Assembly (NCBI RefSeq): GCF_006345805.1
Contig: NC_043006.1
Span: 103,540,001-103,604,000, forward strand
Direction: 5' to 3'
DNA length: 64,000 nucleotides
Source: Octopus sinensis
Lineage: Eukaryota
The position numbers were made by a program, and so were the translations under genes. Shown piece after piece: positions 56,372-64,000 of the stretch (position 1 is its first letter; every line of letters starts with the position of its first letter). The notes beneath the pieces were generated by a model, which did no database searches, was not told where the DNA came from, and saw only the letters and a program-made list of their open reading frames with translations.

Positions 56372-56840
56372 ATAGGCTCGTCAGTGCTCTACAAGCATGC
56401 TCAGCAGAACATGGGTGCTCGATTAATAACTCAGAAGTCAAAATATTATCGACGCATAGAACAGACATGACACTTAAACAGATCGCAGAGGCTACACAAA
56501 TAGCTGTAGAAAGACCGAACCTCAATAGGAAACATGAATGGAACCACAACACATGACTAAAGACAGAAGGGAGAAGTGAGAGGGAAAATAGTAATAAAGG
56601 AATAAATACAGATACATATGTAATACATACATAAGAAGCGAACACATATACACAAACGAAGACACACACACATATACACAAATGCACAAATGCACAAGGA
56701 TTAATCAGCCGAAATTGCGAAGATGATCTGGTTCTTGACTGATGACTGAGGGCTTCGAATGTCCCGTCCTGTGGTTCTTGTGTCGTCTCCTTGGTGTTTC
56801 ACGTTCTTGTCCCAGTTTGCATTTATTTTTTACTGTTCAC
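56372..56840 (+). mobile_element. Penelope-like element 3' end: GIY-YIG C-terminus plus 3' region
   Basis: SALQACSAEHGCSINNSEVKILSTHRTDMTLKQIAEATQIAVERPNLNRKHEW* matches the PLE SA..H..VKIL..R.I.EA..I...P.LN pattern. Confidence 0.75.
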
Positions 56841-56963
56841 ATATATATATAAATTATTACATTATATCATGAATATACATGAATTCGCCTTAAATGGTCC
56901 CTTTGCATACTGAATACTTGGTGAAATTGATTAATAATTAATTAATTTTACCCTCAATTGTTG

Positions 56964-57009
<46 letters not shown>

Positions 57010-57048
57010 ATATATGTATATATACATACATACATACATACATATATA

Positions 57049-57084
<36 letters not shown>

Positions 57085-57095
57085 TATATATACAT

Positions 57096-57145
<50 letters not shown>

Positions 57146-57168
57146 TGCATGCATATATATATACACAA

Positions 57169-57230
<62 letters not shown>

Positions 57231-57448
57231 ATGTGTGTGTGTGTATGTGTGTATGTGTATACACGCTTATCAGTTTGTGCTGCAAGAGTCCTGATATGAA
57301 ATCGTGTGTTGAAACATATATTGTTGTATTTCGGGATGGCAATTTTTTCTTTGTTTTTTGCCAAATAAACACACTCGTTGTTCACTCGTTTATTACTGCC
57401 TTTATCTTAACTCATGTCCATTGTTACAAGAGCAGTGACTATATTTAG

Positions 57449-57498
<50 letters not shown>

Positions 57499-57917
57499 AC
57501 ACACGCAGGCACGCAAAAAAAGGTGATGACCAATACTGGCCAAGGTAATGCCTTTCTTAATAGCTCCATAACGAGCAAGCATTTAGTCATTTTCCCATAG
57601 CCTACTGTCGCCGGAAGCTTTGTTTGCCGAGATGTATTCAGGTGTCGATGGTTTCTCTGGTGTCTGTTACAGGAATTTGATAATGTACTGTTTGAATGTC
57701 ATGGATTATTACCCAATGATTTCCTTCGGAAAGAATTTGAGCGATGCACGTCCAGTTGCAGCAGCAAAAGTTGTGTTGCTGTGGTTTTAGAGTTTGCATA
57801 GAGCTTTGCTTTGCTTGCAATTTCGATATTGGTATCGTTTAGTGATTATTGAGACAATATGCTGTTTAGTGTACAAAGATCGCATTCACGGTGTCCTTGG
57901 AGAGAATAATATCTGTA

Positions 57918-58302
57918 CGTGGAGGCGCAATGGCCAAGTGGTTAGGGCAGCGGACTCGCGGTCATAGGATCGCGGTTTCGATTCCCAGACCGGGCGTTGT
58001 GAGTGTTTATTGAGCGAAAACACCTAAAGCTATGCGAGGCTCCGGCAGGGATGGTGGTGATCCCTGCTGTACTCTTTCACCACAACTTTCTCTCACTCTT
58101 ACTTCCTGTTTCTGTTGTACCTGTATTTCAAGGGGCCGGCCTTGTCACTCTCTGTGTCACGCTGAATATCCCCGAGAACTACGTTAAGGGTACACGTGTC
58201 TGTGGAGTGCTCAGCCACTTACACGTTAATTTCACGAGCAGGCTGTTTTGTTGATTCGGATCAACCGGAACACTCGTCGTCGTAACCGACGGAGTGCTTC
58301 CA
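57918..58302 (+). mobile_element. SINE family C (tRNA-Arg-like head), full length
   Basis: TGGCCAAGTGG A-box, GGACTCGC loop, GGTTTCGATTCCC B-box; inserted inside the CR1-like relic. Confidence 0.85.
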
Positions 58303-58353
58303 TCCAATATCTGTACATGCGTGTGCATGTGTGTGTGTGTTTGTATGTGTATA

Positions 58354-58395
<42 letters not shown>

Positions 58396-58667
58396 CGTGT
58401 GTGTGTGTGTGTGTGTGTGTTTGAGATCGATCTCGGGGATGCTTTTTGTCTTGGGTAAGGGGTGGATAATAATATTGAAGGTGAGATCTAGCAAGCTTAT
58501 AGTAGGCAAGAATGGTAGTGTCAGGAACTTGGGATTGGAAAGTCCCAAAATCCATGAGCACATTCTGCAGGCTTAGGTTGTTGCCAACAGTTACATCCAA
58601 ATCTGAACATAACGTAAAGTAGCCCGAAGTAAGAGAGAATTGCTGTTTGAATATATATATACATATA

Positions 58668-58727
<60 letters not shown>

Positions 58728-58743
58728 ATATATATATATATAT

Positions 58744-58788
<45 letters not shown>

Positions 58789-58789
58789 A

Positions 58790-59389
58790 TACGTATTTTA
58801 AAATAGTGTACATTTAAACACAAAAGAAAATTACCCTTTAACAGATAATTTTTACATGCTAGAAAAAAACAGCCAACACAGCCAAAGCCACAATTTAATA
58901 GCAAATTTCGAAGGAAATGAAAAATAAAAACTTTTACCTTGTTATTTTTATTTCCGGTTATACCATGGTTTCGAATTTCTTTACAAATAAGATTATATGC
59001 CACCCTTTAATAGGTAATTTAGCAAGACAATGTTATTCGCCAGGCGAATTCTCGTCAGTAACCAGCCTTAATAACTAACTTATAATTCAGAGACAAGATA
59101 ACATGTGTCCCATCATTATATGTTATAATTTTTCAAAATTCCGCGCGCACGCGTAGTTACAGTCGGCCATAAATATAATTCCTTCGAAAATTGCTATTAA
59201 ATCGTGGTTTAGGCCGTGTTGGCTGCTTTTTCTGGCACGTAAAAATTACTTGTTAAAGGGTAATTTTTTTTTTTTTGTTTAAATGTACACTATTTTAAAA
59301 TACGAATATGTTGTCTATTGACTATTTATACATGCTTGGCCACTGGTGGTGATATTTATTTACGAATATTCGCTACCCTGTATAGGTAT

Positions 59390-59392
<3 letters not shown>
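58790..59392 (-). mobile_element. PLE-like remnant with ~125-bp inverted repeat (58793-58917 / 59177-59304) in (AT)n
   Basis: Diverged inverted arms; hammerhead core between them. Confidence 0.65.
58954..59065 (-). ncRNA. Type-I hammerhead ribozyme with ~70-nt insertion in stem II
   Basis: CUGGUUA-CUGACGA-GAAUU..AAUUC-GAAAC-CAUG-GUA-UAACCGG: 7-bp stem I, 5-bp stem II base, palindromic stem III. Confidence 0.7.
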
Positions 59393-59429
<37 letters not shown>

Positions 59430-60121
59430 CCAAAGTGGATGAGCTCGTATGTTTTCTTGTGTAGCAGCATCTTTTCCTGCCCATCGAATCCCAGAATTGG
59501 GGCTAAATATCGCCCCAATTATTTTCTGCATGTAGCTGCGAAAATTTATCATTTTTACCATGTTCGATAGCAGTTACTATATCATTGACGTAAATTATAT
59601 GTAGGAGTAGGCCTACCTCAGTACCCTGGGGACACCAGTAATGCATTTAGCGATTTTCTGTAAATTCTATTGATCACAACAGAAGACATTTAATCCAGAG
59701 TAATAGTTATCCACAGACTTTGACGTTGAATATCTTCAATAGAATTCTGAGACCGACTACTAAAACGTCACTGAAGTCGAGATAAATAAAAATATTTATA
59801 TATGCAGCCTTCTCCTTGAGCTTCAATACAATGTGGTGGAGGAGACATATTAGGCAGCTTCTACCACCTCGGAAAACATTGACTGCGCTCGAGGAAATTT
59901 ATCCAACACTGCAGTTATTTATGATCTCACTACCATTTTTAATGTTTTAGTGCTAAGGGAAGTTAATGAAATCGGACAGTAATTCACTGCGAAGGACTTA
60001 CTTTCAGTTTTAAGCATCTGAGGTGTTCTATGATGCAACTGGGCTCAGCGAAATCCTCGACGCTACTAAATTTTTTAAAGTATATCTGCGTTCGCTAACA
60101 GACGCAAGTATTAAAAGATAC

Positions 60122-60485
60122 TCTTTTACTCGTTTCAGACATTTGACTGACGCCAGGCTAGAACACTGCGTTAGAGGCTTTTAGTCGCCAAGACTTATTT
60201 TGTTAAAGCCTGATGCATATTCTGTCCTAAGTTACGAGGACGTAAACACACAAACTCCGGATGTCAAGCGGTGAAGTGAGGACGAATACAAAGACACACA
60301 CACACTTATACGTATATGTATTCGACGGGTTTCTTTCAGTTTCCGTCTACCAAATCCATATGCAAAGCTTTCATCAGCCTGAGACTATAGTGCAAGACAC
60401 TTACTCAAGGTGCCGCGCAGTAGGACTGAAACCAGAACTATGTGGTTGGGAAGCAAGCTTCTTACGACAAAGCCACGCCTGCTCC
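60122..60485 (-). mobile_element. SINE family A, decayed
   Basis: TTCTTTCAGTTTCCGTCTACCAAATCCA..GACACTTACTCAAGGTGCCGCGCAG. Confidence 0.75.
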
Positions 60486-61512
60486 TATAGATAATATTTT
60501 TTTCATTATATTGGATAACAATAAAATTTTGAATTTGAAATTAAGACGTTGTTAAGAAAAAACTATTACAATTAACAAATTTAATATTTTTGTTTGGTAA
60601 TTACGAAGTTATTAAAATTTTCCGTTTGTGATATTTTGAATTGTTCGATTTCATTCTCTGTACAATTCATCAGAGTGATACAATCTGTGAAATATCAACT
60701 GAACATTTATGAAATTATACAATTTTTTAAAAAGTTGGAAATAACAAGAGTCAGAAGGAAAATAAAGGAATGTGGCTGGTTATGCTTCTTTCTTCGAAGA
60801 AGTTTGGTAGTTAACAATCGAGGTAAAAAGAGAAAGTTCTTAGTGTTTACGTACTGGAAAATGACTGTTTCCTGGTAATTCTACTTAGCGAAAATGTCTT
60901 TCAGCTTTAACAACAAAAGAATCACAACACATTACCTGATGTACTCTTTGAGGTCTAGGCATTCGTTTAGCGGTATATGTGATTATAAATATATGTATGC
61001 ATATATAAGTATTTATATTTGCATATGTATATATGTAAACATACATATATGTATGTATGCGTGTATATGTGTGCATATATATATAAATGTATGTATGTAC
61101 ATTAATGTTAGCTGTACAAACACGTGTAACGATTAAGACATTTATTAGCCTATAATAAATATACAAATTAAATCACTTGTTTAACTGTTCTCACAGTAAT
61201 TTATTCTAGTGTATACAATACGAACCGAAAATCTAGGAAGAGATTATTTTCGTACCTGACTGGAATTTGGATATACATGGATTTACTTGAAGCTCTGAGC
61301 ATTGGTTAAACGTTAATTCGGAATCTCGCCCTGAAGTTCAATTTACCTTAATGTAATAGCAATACATAGCTAAATATTTTGTCTCTCTCCCTCCCCCTCC
61401 TCTCTCCATCTATCTATCTATACATACATATATATATATATATATGGTGTATATAACAATATATCTATATATGTATGTACATATGTATGTATCTCTCTCT
61501 CTCTCTCGCTTT

Positions 61513-61556
<44 letters not shown>

Positions 61557-61712
61557 CATTTCCTCGTGTTCCTTTCTATTCAAGTGCGTAGATTTCTCAC
61601 CTTCCCAAGAGTTAAACTAATACATGATTGTTGCTTACGCATCTGTCTTCGTCTTTCGTTTTCCTGTAAATTTCAACTATATATATATATAAATATATAC
61701 AATATCATATAC

Positions 61713-61759
<47 letters not shown>

Positions 61760-63036
61760 TATAAAAAAAGGAGATGTCGAACACGAGTGGTGTTCATTTC
61801 CTTTTTATATTAATATATATATATACATATATATTTACATATATATTATATAATATATATACTATATATATATACATATATATATATACATATATATAAA
61901 CATAATATATACATATAATATATATATTATATATATAGATAGATAGATAGATAGATAGATATATACGCACACGACGTACACTAATACATATACATTCATA
62001 CATGTATGTATGTATAAATGTATGAACATTTATATATACATATTAATGTATGTATAAATTAATAAATAGTCACACATACACTGTCTTTCCACCGCTTATA
62101 TATATATCATAATCACAATTTATCAAATGTTTATCAAGCGTTATCAGTTGTTTGATATCTTATCTGATAACCGTTCGCCCATCATATGTATTTTTCCATA
62201 TACATGCACCGATGAACATTACCATCATTCATCTCAGAGATAGTTCAAATGATTTAATGTGTGGCTGTACTCTGGTCTCTTAAATAATACTAGTTACCGG
62301 CTTATTTAATCGTTAAATATTTTTAGTCGATCAACTGAGATATTGCTGACTACAATGAATTTGTTGCGAATTCAGGCTCAGGGAGAAGGCATTTAAAACT
62401 GAGAATATATCGACAAAAAAGAAGAAAAAAAGAAGACAAAAAGAATTTATTTTATTCTGTAGTGATGAGCATATTTCTGAGTTCCGTCTGGTTTGCACTC
62501 TGGGTAATTTTTAGAGGACTATTTTTTGCAGTACCCTGCTGGCCTATGAATGAATAACCAGTGAAAATTATCCCTCCCGTAGTGTTAAGCTTTTGATAGC
62601 TGGAATGTTATAACTGCAGTTTAACCTACTACAATGAATATTCTGGTGTAGGCCGAGCATGTTAAGTCAATCAGTTCTTTTTTAAAGACAAGCTTACATC
62701 TTTGTGCTTCGAAAATTTTCTTTGTAGAAAACGACATTTCGTTCTGAAAATAGCTTTTGTGCAGTTTTGCGTGGTGCTTCAAGCTTCGGCGCAGTCCTGT
62801 TGAAGACGATGAATATGATTACAACTAGCAACTGACATCTAACAATATTTTCTACTAACATTTCAACTCAAAGAACGAGAATGTAATAACAAACTACGCT
62901 GAATTCCGTTTACTAATCGATTCTCGTTTTAAAAAAAGAATGGATTTATTAAATAATTAAAACTTTTAAACGGCGACGAATGTAGATAGTTTCTATTTTG
63001 CAAAGCCTGTTAAAGTGATAATGCTAAGCATAGTCG

Positions 63037-63582
63037 TTCTCTCTCTCTCTTTCTCTCTCTCTCCCCTCTGTTTCTCTCTCTCCCCCTCTGTCTGCCTCTC
63101 TCTCTCTCTTTCTCTCTCTCTCCCCATTTGTCTCTCTCTCTTTCTCTCTCCCCTGTCACTCTCTCTTTCTCTCTCTCTCCCCCTCTGTTTCTCTCTCTTT
63201 CTCTCCCCCCCCTCTGTGTCTCTCTCTTCCCCTCTGTCTCTATCTCTCTCTCTTTCTCCTTCTCCCCTCTGCTCTCTCTCTTTCTCTCTCTCCCCATTTG
63301 TCTCTCTCTCTTTCTCTCTCCCCTGTCACTCTCTCTTTCTCTCTCTCTCCCCTCTGTTTCTCTCTCTTTCTCTCCCCCCCCCTGTGTCTCTCTTCCCCTC
63401 TGTCTCTATCTCTCTCTCTTTAGCCTTCTCCCCATGTCTCTCTCTCTTTCTCTCTTCCCCATCTGTCTCTCTCTCTTTCTCCTTCTTCCCCCAGTTCTCC
63501 TCTCTCTTTCTCTCTCTCCCCCTCTGTCTCTCTCTCTCTCCCCCTCTGTCTCTCTCTCTCTCCCCCTCTGTCTCTCTCTCTA
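63037..63582. repeat. Pyrimidine-rich (CT) compound repeat with ~170-bp higher-order duplication
   Basis: TCCCCATTTGTCTC..CCTGTCACTC block at 63121 and 63291. Confidence 0.85.
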
Positions 63583-64000
63583 TTGTACAAACAGACAAAC
63601 CACATACGTATCTCTTTTATTTCTCGTTTAACTTTTTTACTTGTTTCAGTGATTTAACTGAGGCCATGCTGGAGCACCGCCTTTAGTCGAGCAGATCGAC
63701 CCCGGGACTTATTCTTTCATCGACCATGGAAGGAGGAATATTAAAGCTGACCTCGGTCGAAATTGAAATAAGAAGATAGAGCCCGAAAATAATTTCTAAG
63801 AAAAATTTGACGAAGTTGCTATTTTTCTGCTGAAAGTTAAGTTGTTGTTTGTTCCTTCCCGAGCCACGCCTGGCTCATAAGGACCGGTTTCCCGGTTTCA
63901 TTGGCGTATAGGTTCCCCACCTGGACGGGACGCCGGTCCGTCGCAGATGAGCTGCAAGATGCAGGAGGAAAGAGTGAGAGAATGTTGTGGCGAAAGAGTC

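Larger units (their letters stand above)
57600..60060 (-). mobile_element. Old CR1/Jockey-group LINE RT and 3' end, fragmented by later insertions
   Basis: NYCPISLTS (59990-59950), IYLDF..LLLWIK, GVPQGTEVGLLL..YVND (59640-59580), YKLARSHLQY (58430-58600), FPKEI..FKQ..FL..PEKPSTPEY (57600-57760). Confidence 0.75.

Noticed and set aside
57918-57995. tRNA-Arg-like gene (also 51035-51112)
   Set aside because: Has A/B boxes but no proper acceptor stem and continues into a SINE body; it is a SINE head.

Overview
Eukaryotic, AT-rich, microsatellite-saturated DNA. The SINE repertoire and the density of (AT)n/(CA)n/(TATC)n/(TACA)n suggest a cephalopod, probably Octopus (inferred). I see no intact host protein-coding gene, and almost all ORFs in the supplied track are microsatellite artefacts. 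The window is a transposon graveyard. (1) Many Penelope-like element (PLE) remnants sit in (AT)n tracts with inverted or partial-tandem pseudo-LTR architecture. At least seven distinct sequence families carry type-I hammerhead-ribozyme-like cores, and there are PLE RT and GIY-YIG fragments. (2) A ~3.3 kb Ginger-like DNA transposon encodes a Gypsy-type integrase plus a decayed OTU protease. (3) A Tc1 element has an apparent 105-bp spliceosomal intron. (4) There are mariner relics and two Merlin-like MITEs with 8-bp TSDs and internal TTAGGG tracts. (5) LINE fragments of Tx1/L1, R4/Dong, RTE and CR1 type are present. (6) Three tRNA-derived SINE families occur, one sharing its 3' tail with the Tx1-like LINE. 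Unexplained items are a disabled signal-peptide-like exon (39740-39818, minus), three diverged copies of an unknown ~300-600 bp unit at 41-46 kb, and a phased GATA-site cluster. All calls come from reading the sequence by eye; no searches were run.
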